A stretch of DNA of 46,361 nucleotides, taken from contig JAJBVI010000052.1 in the NCBI GenBank assembly GCA_020859905.1, positions 1 through 46,361 of the forward strand, written 5' to 3'. Below, piece by piece: positions 1-9,112 of this stretch; position 1 is the stretch's first letter, and each line of letters starts with the position of its first letter. Both the position numbers and the translations under genes were made by a program. The stretch is from Lachnospiraceae bacterium. Lineage in GTDB: Bacteria; Bacillota; Clostridia; Lachnospirales; Lachnospiraceae. The notes beneath the pieces were generated by a model. The model worked only from the letters and a program-made list of their open reading frames with translations, searched no databases and was not told the DNA's origin.

Positions 1-182
1 AATGCACAATTATATACTGATGGTAAGTGATTGTAAACACAGATGCATTCTAATACATAAACGTCTAATAATCACCCGGTGCATACCATTTTTTAAGTAC
101 GGTGCATGTCATCTTTTTGTATAGTGTTTCGCAATGAACCGGACTATGTACTGGCTTAAACCGGCTGAGAAAGGAGTAGAAT

Positions 183-2471
183 ATGAAAAACCTGATAAGA
201 CCGCTGAAACACCACATTCCGGCTGTGCTGATCATCGTCTGTCTGCTGATCATCCAGGCATTCTGTCAGCTGTCGCTGCCGTCCTATACCAGCGACATCG
301 TGGATGTGGGAATCGAACAGGGCGGCGTAGAGGACGCGGCCGCGGTGCAGATCAGCGAAGAGACGATGGAGTATCTGATGCTGTTTATGGATGAAGATGA
401 TGCCGAAGTCGTGGAGGATGCCTATACCCTGGAGGATGGCATCTGGTATCTCGATGAGGATATCAGCGACACGGAGGAGGTGTCCGGCGCGCTGCAGACG
501 CCCATGGTCCTGGTGTATCAGCTTTCCGCACTCTCGGAAGACAGTTTTAAGGAAATGCTGGAGGAACAGATGTCGATGGAGGCGGGCGCTCTCGATGACA
601 TATCTCTGGATGACCTGGGCGCTATGATGGGCATGGAGCTGGAGACGTCCGAGGACGAAGACGGCGAGGTTACCGTGAATATGCTCCCCATGATTCAGGC
701 AATGATGGCGTCCGGACAGATGGACAGTGACGCGATGCTGGAGATGGCGGAAGCCATGATCGAGGAGTACGGCGACTCCGGAGACATGATCTTTTCCGCC
801 GTCGCGATCGAGGAGGTCAGCGCGGAATATGCGAAGATCGGGGTTGACCAGGATCAGATCCAGAGGCAGTACCTTTTCCGGATCGGCCGCAGGATGATCC
901 TGATGACTGTCCTGATGAGCGTGGCGGCAATCCTGGCGTGCTACTTCGCCAGCGTGACGGCCGCCAGGGTTTGCAAGGATCTCCGGCACAAAGTGTTTGG
1001 CCGGGTGATTTCGTTTGGAAACAGAGAGATTGACAGTTTCAGTACATCCTCCCTGATCACGCGCTGTACCAATGATATCCAGCAGGTGCAGATGACAATG
1101 GTGATCCTGCTGCGGATCGTTCTGTTTGCCCCGATCCTCGCCATCGGCGGCATTATCCGGGTGGTCAGTTCACATACCGGCCTGGCATGGGTCATCGTGG
1201 TGGCCGCGCTGGCAATGACCGGCCTGATTATCGGCCTGGTCGTTGTGGCGATGCCGAAGTTCCGGATTATACAGAAGCTGATTGACAGGGTCAATCTGGT
1301 ATCGAGAGAGATTCTGGACGGCGTCCCGGTGATCCGGGCGTTCGGCAGAGAGAAGTATGAAGAAAAGCGCTTTGACGCGGCAAACGAGGATCTGATGCGG
1401 GTACAGCTGTTTACCAACCGCGTGATGAGCCTTATGCTGCCCTGTATGATGTTCGTGATGAACGGCGTGAACCTGCTGATCATATGGTTCGGCGGCAAAA
1501 ACATGGACAGCGGACTGATGCAGGTCGGCGACCTGGTGGCGTTTATGACCTATGCGCTCCAGATCATTATGGCGTTTATGATGATTGAGATGATATCCAT
1601 CATGCTGCCGCGGTCGGGCGTAGCCGCGAACCGGATCTATGACGTGATCGAGACGGAGAGCGAGATCTGCGACAGTGAAGCCGCACCGTCATATGAAGAC
1701 CGGCAGTTTAAAGGAGAACTGGTATTTGACCATGTCACATTCTCCTATCCGGGAGCGGAGGATCCGGTTCTGAAGGATATCAGCTTCACCGCAAAGCCGG
1801 GTACGACCACGGCGATCATCGGCAGCACCGGCTGCGGGAAATCCACGCTGGTCAACCTGATTCCGCGTTTCTATGATGTGACGGAGGGTTCCATCCGTCT
1901 GGATGATGTGGATATCCGGGATATGAGCCAGAAAAAGCTCCGCGACCAGATCGGGCTGGTACCGCAGAAAGGATTTTTGTTCTCCGGTACCATTGAGTCA
2001 AATATCAAATATGCCGGCGCATCCGTCACGGATGAGCGGATGGAGGACGCGGCGGCTACCGCGCAGGCTGTGGAATTTATCGACCAGAAGAGCGACCGCT
2101 ATCAGAGTGAGATCGCCCAGGGCGGCACGAATGTGTCCGGCGGGCAGAAGCAGCGGCTTTCCATCGCCCGCGCACTGGCGAAACACGCGCAGATCCTGAT
2201 TTTCGACGACAGCTTCTCCGCGCTGGATTATAAGACGGACGTGACGCTGCGGCGGGAACTCAGCCGCAAATCGGCCAAAGCCACCGTGCTGATCGTCGCC
2301 CAGAGAATTTCCACCGTACTGCATGCGGATGAGATTCTCGTCATGAATGAGGGGCAGCTGGTCGGCAAGGGCACACATGAGGAGCTTATGAAGAACTGTG
2401 AAACCTACCGGGAAATCGCAAGAAGTCAGTTGAGCGATCAGGAACTCGCTTTGAACGGAGGTGATCTGTAA
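183..2471 (+). CDS. ABC exporter ATP-binding/permease subunit (heterodimeric multidrug type) with long acidic extracellular insertion
   Basis: RBS AAGGAG. TM domain plus NBD with Walker A GSTGCGKS and signature VSGGQKQR. Degenerate Walker B (FDD, Asp for the catalytic Glu) as in TM287-type subunits. Confidence 0.95.
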   Translation: MKNLIRPLKHHIPAVLIIVCLLIIQAFCQLSLPSYTSDIVDVGIEQGGVEDAAAVQISEETMEYLMLFMDEDDAEVVEDAYTLEDGIWYLDEDISDTEEVSGALQTPMVLVYQLSALSEDSFKEMLEEQMSMEAGALDDISLDDLGAMMGMELETSEDEDGEVTVNMLPMIQAMMASGQMDSDAMLEMAEAMIEEYGDSGDMIFSAVAIEEVSAEYAKIGVDQDQIQRQYLFRIGRRMILMTVLMSVAAILACYFASVTAARVCKDLRHKVFGRVISFGNREIDSFSTSSLITRCTNDIQQVQMTMVILLRIVLFAPILAIGGIIRVVSSHTGLAWVIVVAALAMTGLIIGLVVVAMPKFRIIQKLIDRVNLVSREILDGVPVIRAFGREKYEEKRFDAANEDLMRVQLFTNRVMSLMLPCMMFVMNGVNLLIIWFGGKNMDSGLMQVGDLVAFMTYALQIIMAFMMIEMISIMLPRSGVAANRIYDVIETESEICDSEAAPSYEDRQFKGELVFDHVTFSYPGAEDPVLKDISFTAKPGTTTAIIGSTGCGKSTLVNLIPRFYDVTEGSIRLDDVDIRDMSQKKLRDQIGLVPQKGFLFSGTIESNIKYAGASVTDERMEDAAATAQAVEFIDQKSDRYQSEIAQGGTNVSGGQKQRLSIARALAKHAQILIFDDSFSALDYKTDVTLRRELSRKSAKATVLIVAQRISTVLHADEILVMNEGQLVGKGTHEELMKNCETYREIARSQLSDQELALNGGDL

Positions 2472-4267
2472 TGCCGATGAGAAGAAACCAGTCACAGGAT
2501 AAGGCAAGAGATTTCAGGGGCAGTATCGGAAAGCTGTTCCGCTACATGGGACGCTACAAAATCGGCATGGTTTTTGTTATTATCTTTGCCGTCGTCAGCA
2601 CGATCTTTAATGTATACGGACCGAAGCTGCTGGGCAACGCCACTACGGAACTGGCCAACGGCTTTATGGCAAAGGTGACCGGGACGGGAGGCATTGATTT
2701 CGGAGCCATCGGGACGATCCTGATCACCCTCCTGGTTCTGTATATCGCAAGCTCGGTGTTCAATTTCCTGCAGGGATGGATCATGTCCGGCATCAGTCAG
2801 AAGATCAGCTACAGCCTGCGCAAGGACATCAGCGAGAAAATCAACCGCATACCTATGGCCTGCTTTGACTCCGAGCAGACCGGAGACGTACTCTCCAGAA
2901 TCACGAATGATGTGGACACCCTGGGCCAGAGCCTGAACCAGAGCCTCCGCCAGCTGATCACCAGTGTCGCCACGATGGTGGGCGTCATCGTCATGATGCT
3001 GACATTAAGCCCGCTGATGACGCTGATCACGGTGATCATCCTGCCCGTGTCGCTGATCTGCATGATGATCATCATCCGGTTCAGCCAGAAGTACTTTCAG
3101 GCGCAGCAGCATTATCTGGGGCAGATCGACGGACAGATCGAGGAGAGCTTCAGCGGCCAGAATATCATCAAGGCCTTTAACCGTGAGGGCAAGGTGATGG
3201 AGGAGTTTGAGGATACCAATGAAAGACTGTACCAGTCCGCATGGAAGAGCCAGTTTCTGTCCGGTCTGATGCAGCCGATCATGAACATGATCAGCAATGC
3301 CGGTTATGTGGCTGTCGTGATCGCGGGCGGCGTACTGACAGCCGCCGGCACCATTCAGGTGGGATATATCGTATCCTTTACCCAGTATGTACAGCGATTC
3401 ACGCAGCCTCTGACGCAGCTGGCGCAGGTATCCAACATGTTCCAGAGCATGGCAGCCGCCGCGGAGCGTATCTTTGAATTTCTGGAAGAGACGGAGGAGG
3501 TTCAGACTGCGGAGAATCCGGTTCAGCTGGAATCCGCCGCGGGAGAAGTGGAGTTTGACCATGTAAGCTTCGGTTACCATGAGGACAAAGTCATCATCCA
3601 TGACTTCACCAGCGAGGCAAAGCCGGGGCAGACCGTCGCGATTGTCGGTCCGACCGGCGCCGGCAAGACCACCATGGTGAAGCTGCTGATGCGCTTCTAC
3701 GACGTGAATTCCGGCGCCATCCGTGTGGACGGCCACGACCTGCGCGACTTCAACCGCCGGGATCTGCGGCAGAACATCGGTATGGTGCTGCAGGATACCT
3801 GGCTGTTCAACGGCACGATCATGGAAAACATCCGCTACGGCAGGCCGGAGGCCACAGACGAGGAAGTCATCGAGGCCGCCAAAACCGCTCGCGCCCACTC
3901 CTTTATCCAGACCCTTCCGGGCGGATACAGCATGGAGATCAACGAGGAAGCCAACAATATCTCACAGGGGCAGAAACAGCTCCTCACCATCGCACGCGCC
4001 GTCCTTGCGGACCGCCCGATCCTGATCCTCGATGAGGCCACCTCCAGCGTCGACACCCGCACCGAGCTCCTCATCCAGGAAGCCATGAACCGCCTCATGG
4101 AAGGCAGAACCAGCTTCGTCATCGCGCACCGCCTCTCCACAATCCGGGACGCGGACGTGATTCTCGTCATGCGCGACGGCGACATCGTAGAACAGGGAAA
4201 CCACAAAGAACTGCTCCGCCAGAACGGATTCTATGCGGAGTTGTACAACGCACAGTTTGAACGCTAG
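2471..4267 (+). CDS. ABC exporter ATP-binding/permease subunit, partner of the upstream gene
   Basis: Stop/start overlap (TAATG). Walker A GPTGAGKT, ISQGQKQ, LDEATSSVD, AHRLST (TM288-type). Confidence 0.95.
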   Translation: MPMRRNQSQDKARDFRGSIGKLFRYMGRYKIGMVFVIIFAVVSTIFNVYGPKLLGNATTELANGFMAKVTGTGGIDFGAIGTILITLLVLYIASSVFNFLQGWIMSGISQKISYSLRKDISEKINRIPMACFDSEQTGDVLSRITNDVDTLGQSLNQSLRQLITSVATMVGVIVMMLTLSPLMTLITVIILPVSLICMMIIIRFSQKYFQAQQHYLGQIDGQIEESFSGQNIIKAFNREGKVMEEFEDTNERLYQSAWKSQFLSGLMQPIMNMISNAGYVAVVIAGGVLTAAGTIQVGYIVSFTQYVQRFTQPLTQLAQVSNMFQSMAAAAERIFEFLEETEEVQTAENPVQLESAAGEVEFDHVSFGYHEDKVIIHDFTSEAKPGQTVAIVGPTGAGKTTMVKLLMRFYDVNSGAIRVDGHDLRDFNRRDLRQNIGMVLQDTWLFNGTIMENIRYGRPEATDEEVIEAAKTARAHSFIQTLPGGYSMEINEEANNISQGQKQLLTIARAVLADRPILILDEATSSVDTRTELLIQEAMNRLMEGRTSFVIAHRLSTIRDADVILVMRDGDIVEQGNHKELLRQNGFYAELYNAQFER

Positions 4268-4270
4268 CAT

Positions 4271-4403
4271 TGAGCCGTGCAGCAGAAAACAGAAAGACAG
4301 CCTCGTCGCGCTTGCGCGTAAGAGGCTGTCTTTCTGTTTTCTGCTATAGGGCGAAAGCCCGACAGTGGGCGTGCCGGAGGCACGGCCACTGAGCACGGCG
4401 GAG
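4271..4403 (+). repeat. Structured dispersed element, copy A (133 nt); its long hairpin 4281-4345 may also act as a terminator
   Basis: Starts TGAGCCGTGC and ends ACTGAGCACGGCGGAG. 24-bp perfect stem, GGGC-GAAA-GCCC hairpin and a third hairpin. Colinear with the reverse complement of 39306-39438. Confidence 0.9.
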
Positions 4404-4409
4404 CCTTCC

Positions 4410-4920
4410 TTATACCATTCCCTCCAGAAACACCATGTCTTCAAAAATGACTTTTTGACGCCGATTTCTTTTGTTTTGTTAAAATTGAAGGTGAGCAGAT
4501 ACCCTTTTTTCAGATGAAATTGATCGAGATAATCCGATAGCTGTTGTTCCCCTTTTTTGTGATACTGCTGTCCGTGCCATATTTTAAGTTCAATGATAAA
4601 CTGCTGGCCCAGATACTCGACTACAATATCGGTGCGTTCCATATTCCGCGTTTCCGCTTCTGCATAGTAATGTCCTGTTCCGTTGATAATCGGTTTTAGA
4701 TACAATAAAAACAGTTTCCGCCCCTGATTTTCAATAAATGTTTGATCGGAGTCAGCGTAAACATCAGAAAAATGATCTGCAAATCATATTGGCGCGGACG
4801 ATTGATAACAACGTAGCTGCCATTATCAATCAGTTTTCTGATCTCAGCGAGCTTATGATCAATGTTCACCATATAATGTACGGCAGGGAAACAGGCACCG
4901 GTTGTATTAAATGATTTCAC
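4410..4920 (-). pseudogene. Internally deleted, frameshifted AAA-ATPase / PD-(D/E)XK-nuclease-domain gene
   Basis: N-terminus MKSFNTTGAC...INRPRQY stops just before the Walker A GKT. It is joined to a C-terminal YLKPIINGTG...RTDIVV...IIELKIWHG. The native end VIFEDMVFLEGMV* is reached only after a shift in an A-run. RBS GGAGG is present. Confidence 0.8.
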
Positions 4921-4963
4921 TCTTATTTCCTCCGGGAGAATGATACATTAACATTACTACAAT

Positions 4964-5758
4964 TTACCCCAAAATCGCCTTATCACTCGCAAATTCCGTT
5001 CCGCTGACCTCTTCAAACTTCAGCAGCAGATCTTTCACCTCAAGGTTCTTCTTCTCCTCGCCGCTGATATCCAGGATAATCTGTCCCTCCATCATCATGA
5101 TCAGCCGGTTCCCGTGCGCGATCGCGTCCCTCATATTGTGCGTGATCATCAGCGTCGTCAGATGATCGCGGTTCACGATCGTGTCGGTCGCCTGCAGCAC
5201 GATCTCCGCTGTTTTCGGATCCAGCGCGGCCGTATGCTCATCCAGCAGGAGCAGCTTCGGCTTCTTTAAAGATGCCATCAGCAGCGTCAGCGCCTGTCTC
5301 TGCCCGCCGGAGAGCAGCCCGACGCGGGAGGTCATGCGGTCCTCCAGACCGAGACCGAGCGTCGCCAGAAGCTCCCGGTATTCCTCGCGCTCACTGCGCC
5401 GGATCCCCGGTTTCAGCGTTCGTTTACTGCCGCGGCGGCGCGCCAGCGCCAGATTCTCCTCGATCCACATCGTCACCGCCGTGCCGGTCATCGGATCCTG
5501 GAATACACGGCCGAGAAACGCGGCGCGCTTGTGCTCCGGCAGCTTTGTGACATCCTGGCCGTCTATGAGAATCCTTCCCTCATCGATCGGCCATGTCCCG
5601 GCGATCGCGTTTAATACGGTGGATTTACCGGCTCCGTTTCCGCCGATCACGGTCACAAAATCACCGTCGTGCAGGGTCAGGCTGATGTTTTTGAGCGCCT
5701 GTTTTTCATTTGCCGTACCGGGATTGAATGTTTTTGAGAGATTCTGTATTTCTAACAT
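4964..5758 (-). CDS. ABC importer ATP-binding protein
   Basis: MLEIQNL start; GGNGAGKS, LSGGQRQ, LLDEHTAALD. Confidence 0.93.
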   Translation of the reverse strand: MLEIQNLSKTFNPGTANEKQALKNISLTLHDGDFVTVIGGNGAGKSTVLNAIAGTWPIDEGRILIDGQDVTKLPEHKRAAFLGRVFQDPMTGTAVTMWIEENLALARRRGSKRTLKPGIRRSEREEYRELLATLGLGLEDRMTSRVGLLSGGQRQALTLLMASLKKPKLLLLDEHTAALDPKTAEIVLQATDTIVNRDHLTTLMITHNMRDAIAHGNRLIMMMEGQIILDISGEEKKNLEVKDLLLKFEEVSGTEFASDKAILG

Positions 5759-6678
5759 GAGCGGCCGCCCCCTTTCGACATAAATCCTGAGAACCATTTA
5801 TTCTTCCAGTACGGAATCGCGAGGAAGACAGCAACCACGAGTGCGGAGAGCAGCTTCAGCAGATCCGTGTCGATGCCCATCCAGATGACGATCTGGAGTA
5901 CCAGATAATAAATGATGGATCCGATCGCGACTCCGACGAGCTTCAATGCGAAATTATTGAAGAAATTCCCGAAGACAGCCTCTCCGATGATCACTGCGGC
6001 CAGACCGATGACGATCGCGCCGCGCCCCATATTCACATCCGCAAACCCCTGGTATTGGCCGAGCAGTGCGCCGGAAAAAGCCACAAGCGCATTGGAGATC
6101 ATCAGCCCGAGTACCCGGTGGAAGTTTGTGTTGATACCCTGCGCCCGCGCCATTTTGTCATTGCATCCTGTGGCGCGCATGGCGCAGCCCATCTCCGTGC
6201 CGAAGAAGCAGTAGAGGAGCGCGATCACCACAGCGATGATCACGATGACGATAAAAATCGTGTTCTTATAGAGGGCGACACCCTTGATATAGCGAAGGGA
6301 AACCAGCAGGTCGAACTTGTCAACGTTGATGGCCTGGTTGGATTTCCCCATGATTTTCAGATTGACGGAATATAGCCCCAGCTGCGTCAGAATACCGGCC
6401 AGGATCGCCGGGATCCCCATCCACGTGTGGAAGATACCCGTGACCAGTCCGGCCAGAAGTCCCGCGATAAACGCGCATATGAGAGAAAACCACGCGTTGT
6501 ATCCCTGCTGCATCAGCATAATGCAGACGGCCGCTCCCGTACAAAAGCTCCCGTCCACAGAGAGATCGGCAATGTCGAGTATGCGGAACGTGATATAAAC
6601 GCCGATCGCCATGATACCCCATATCAGTCCCTGTGCCACTGCGCCGGGCAGTGCGTTGAATAAACTTAGAATCCCCAT
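5752..6678 (-). CDS. ABC importer permease (putative tryptophan/tyrosine transport family)
   Basis: Hydrophobic, with ADLSVDGSF and ADVNMGRG motifs; overlaps the ATPase start. Confidence 0.9.
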   Translation of the reverse strand: MGILSLFNALPGAVAQGLIWGIMAIGVYITFRILDIADLSVDGSFCTGAAVCIMLMQQGYNAWFSLICAFIAGLLAGLVTGIFHTWMGIPAILAGILTQLGLYSVNLKIMGKSNQAINVDKFDLLVSLRYIKGVALYKNTIFIVIVIIAVVIALLYCFFGTEMGCAMRATGCNDKMARAQGINTNFHRVLGLMISNALVAFSGALLGQYQGFADVNMGRGAIVIGLAAVIIGEAVFGNFFNNFALKLVGVAIGSIIYYLVLQIVIWMGIDTDLLKLLSALVVAVFLAIPYWKNKWFSGFMSKGGGRSC

Positions 6679-6703
6679 TTTATTTCTCCCGGTGTTGTTT
6701 CTC

Positions 6704-6779
6704 GGGAACTGTCATAAAATAGCCTGTGCTTCGCGTATTGGCCGGCGCAAGATGCATAATTTATTTTGTAACAGTTCCC
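6704..6779. mobile_element. 76-bp MITE-like element with 18-bp terminal inverted repeats
   Basis: GGGAACTGTCATAAAATA ... TATTTTGTAACAGTTCCC (2 mismatches). A related end occurs at 9030-9063. Confidence 0.5.
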
Positions 6780-6794
6780 TGATATAAGCGAAGA

Positions 6795-6831
6795 GAGACA
6801 GTGAAAACAAAGATGCCGTTTTCACTGTCTC
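6795..6831 (-). terminator. Intercistronic hairpin after the substrate-binding-protein gene
   Basis: 14-bp perfect stem GAGACAGTGAAAAC / GTTTTCACTGTCTC, about 20 nt past the stop codon. Confidence 0.65.
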
Positions 6832-6851
6832 CTTTGACCGCCTGATAAAAA

Positions 6852-7877
6852 TTACTCTTCGATTGCCGTATAATCGTCCGGAACGGTGATCCCGAGCTCT
6901 TCGCAGATCGATGCGTTGTACTCCTTGGTCACCTCCGACGCGTACTGAATCTCCATCTCGGAAATGTCAGCTTCGCCTGTCAGAATCTGCGCTGCCATCT
7001 GACCGGTCGTATAACCGATTTCATAGTAGCTGATGGAAAGCGTCGCCACGCCGCATCCGGAGCAGATGCCTTCTTCGCCGGCTACAACCGGAACGCCGGC
7101 CGGCAGGAAGATGTTGTTCAGGAGCTCTGTATTGTTCGCCGCCGTGTTGTCCGTCGGGATGTAGATCACATCGCTTGCGGAAGCTGCCGTCGTAGCGACG
7201 GAGGAAATATCGTTGGAATCAGCAAAGCCGTACTGCGTGCAGGTATAGCCGTATTCCTCCAGGCATGCCTGGACCTCCGTAACCTGATACAGAGAGTTCG
7301 CCTCAGCCGTGCAATACAGCAGGCCTATGTTCTCCGCATCCGGGAACAGCTCATAGATCATGTCCGCCTGCTCACTGAGCGGAGCCAGGTCGGATGTCCC
7401 GGAAATATTGCCGCCGATCGCGCCGCCGTCGAAATCAATGTCAAGCGCCGAACCGTAATCGGTAATGGATGTGCCGAGGATCGGAATGGTATCCGTTCCC
7501 GCCTGTGCGGCCTGAAGCGCCGCGGTCGCGTTCGCGAGGATCAGGTCAACATCGTCAGAAACAAAGCTGTTGATGATCGTCGCACATGTGCTGGAATCGC
7601 CCTGCGCGTTCTGCTCGTCGAAGGTCACCGCGTCGCCGAGTTCATCCACCAGTGCGTCCTCAAATCCCTGTGTGGCCGCGTCAAGCGCGTCGTGCTGAAT
7701 GAGCTGGCAGATGCCTACGACATATGCAGCGTCTGCGTCGGATGCCGCCTCCGCGTCGGATGCCGTCTCTGTCTCGGCAGCGGATGTGTCCGTGGTCTCT
7801 GTCTCACTGCTGCTGCCGCAGGCTGCCAGGCTTACGCACATGGTTCCGGCAAGCAGCATTGCAAATAATTTCTTCAT
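6852..7877 (-). CDS. ABC substrate-binding lipoprotein (aromatic amino acid-binding-like family)
   Basis: Lipobox LAAC; VGICQLIQHDALDAATQGF, SGTSD, YIPTDNT. Lies next to a DAHP synthase. Confidence 0.9.
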   Translation of the reverse strand: MKKLFAMLLAGTMCVSLAACGSSSETETTDTSAAETETASDAEAASDADAAYVVGICQLIQHDALDAATQGFEDALVDELGDAVTFDEQNAQGDSSTCATIINSFVSDDVDLILANATAALQAAQAGTDTIPILGTSITDYGSALDIDFDGGAIGGNISGTSDLAPLSEQADMIYELFPDAENIGLLYCTAEANSLYQVTEVQACLEEYGYTCTQYGFADSNDISSVATTAASASDVIYIPTDNTAANNTELLNNIFLPAGVPVVAGEEGICSGCGVATLSISYYEIGYTTGQMAAQILTGEADISEMEIQYASEVTKEYNASICEELGITVPDDYTAIEE

Positions 7878-7953
7878 CGTGTTCCTCCCATTTGTTTTAT
7901 TTCTATTTAAGATAGATGTAAAAAGTTTATCATTTTAAAGTAAAAAAGTCAAT

Positions 7954-8994
7954 TTATAATTGCTCTGCCATTTCATAGACCAGCCTCTCGGTTTTTTCCC
8001 AGCCGAGGCACGGATCCGTGATGGATTTGCCGTAAATGTTTTCGCCGATCTGCTGGGAACCGTCTTCGATATAGCTCTCCACCATGAAGCCCTTCACCAT
8101 GGACCGGATCGAGCCGGAATGGCGGCAGGTATGCAGCACATCATTGACAATGCGGATCTGCTGCAGATACTGTTTTCCGGAATTCGCGTGGTTGGCATCC
8201 ACGATCACGGCCATATTCCGCAGATCCTTTGCCCGGTACATGTCGTACAGACCGATCAGATCTTCGAAGTGATAGTTGGGACGGGTGCGTCCCTGATTGT
8301 CCACATAGCCCCGCAGGATCGCGTGGGCATAGGGATTGCCCTTCGTTTCCACCTCATAGCCGCAGTAGGAAAAAATGTGCGGATGCTGGGCGGCTGTGAT
8401 AGAATTCAGCATAACGGTCAGGTCGCCTGACGTCGGATTCTTCATGCCGACGGGGACGGCGAGCCCACTGGCCACCAGGCGGTGCTGCTGATCCTCCACC
8501 GAGCGGGCACCAACAGCGATATAGCTTAAAAAATCCGCCAGGTAAGCGTCATTGCCGGGATACAGCATCTCGTCCGCGCAGGTAAAGCCGGTCTGGTTCA
8601 CCACCTCCACATGCATATGGCGCAGGGAGACTAACCCCTTCTCCATGTCCGGTTTTTCGGCCGGGTTCGGCTGGGACGCGATCCCCTTATAGCCGTCGCC
8701 CGTCGTGCGCGGTTTATTCGTGTAGATGCGCGGAATGATCAGGAGCTTATCGCGCACCTGCTCCTGAACCGGCTTCAGGCGGGTGATATAATCCACGACC
8801 GCGTCCTCCCGGTCCGCGGAACAGGGCCCGATGATCAGGAGCATCCGGCTGTCCCGCCCGGCTAAAATATCCGTGATCTGCCGGTCTCTGAGTCTCTTCG
8901 CCTCCTGCCCGGCGGGGGAAAGCGGAATCGCCCGCCGCAGCTCCTCCGGGGAAGGAAGCCGACGGTGAAAATCCATGTTGGTCAGTATGTTCAT
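7954..8994 (-). CDS. aroF: 3-deoxy-7-phosphoheptulonate (DAHP) synthase, class I-alpha (AroF/G/H-like)
   Basis: IGPCS, KPRTTGDGYKG, AVGARS, PVGMKN, DANHANS, SITDPCLGW. Confidence 0.92.
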   Translation of the reverse strand: MNILTNMDFHRRLPSPEELRRAIPLSPAGQEAKRLRDRQITDILAGRDSRMLLIIGPCSADREDAVVDYITRLKPVQEQVRDKLLIIPRIYTNKPRTTGDGYKGIASQPNPAEKPDMEKGLVSLRHMHVEVVNQTGFTCADEMLYPGNDAYLADFLSYIAVGARSVEDQQHRLVASGLAVPVGMKNPTSGDLTVMLNSITAAQHPHIFSYCGYEVETKGNPYAHAILRGYVDNQGRTRPNYHFEDLIGLYDMYRAKDLRNMAVIVDANHANSGKQYLQQIRIVNDVLHTCRHSGSIRSMVKGFMVESYIEDGSQQIGENIYGKSITDPCLGWEKTERLVYEMAEQL

Positions 8995-9112
8995 AACAAA
9001 TCCCCTTTTCTGAATGTTGTATTAATCTTAGGAGCTGTCACAAAATAACTTGTTCAGTTCCTTACTATAATTTTAAAAGAGGGTGCAGAGGAAAACTCTG
9101 AAAAAGTGCCTG

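Noticed and set aside
156-4206. Long antisense and alternate-frame ORFs here and over the other major genes (e.g. 9083-10132, 31919-33157, 40368-41375)
   Set aside because: Shadow frames expected in GC-rich coding DNA; no motifs or RBS.
4271-4403. Group II intron domain V remnant (GAGCCG start)
   Set aside because: The pairing partner is about 120 nt away rather than in a 34-nt hairpin; no domain VI and no RT gene.
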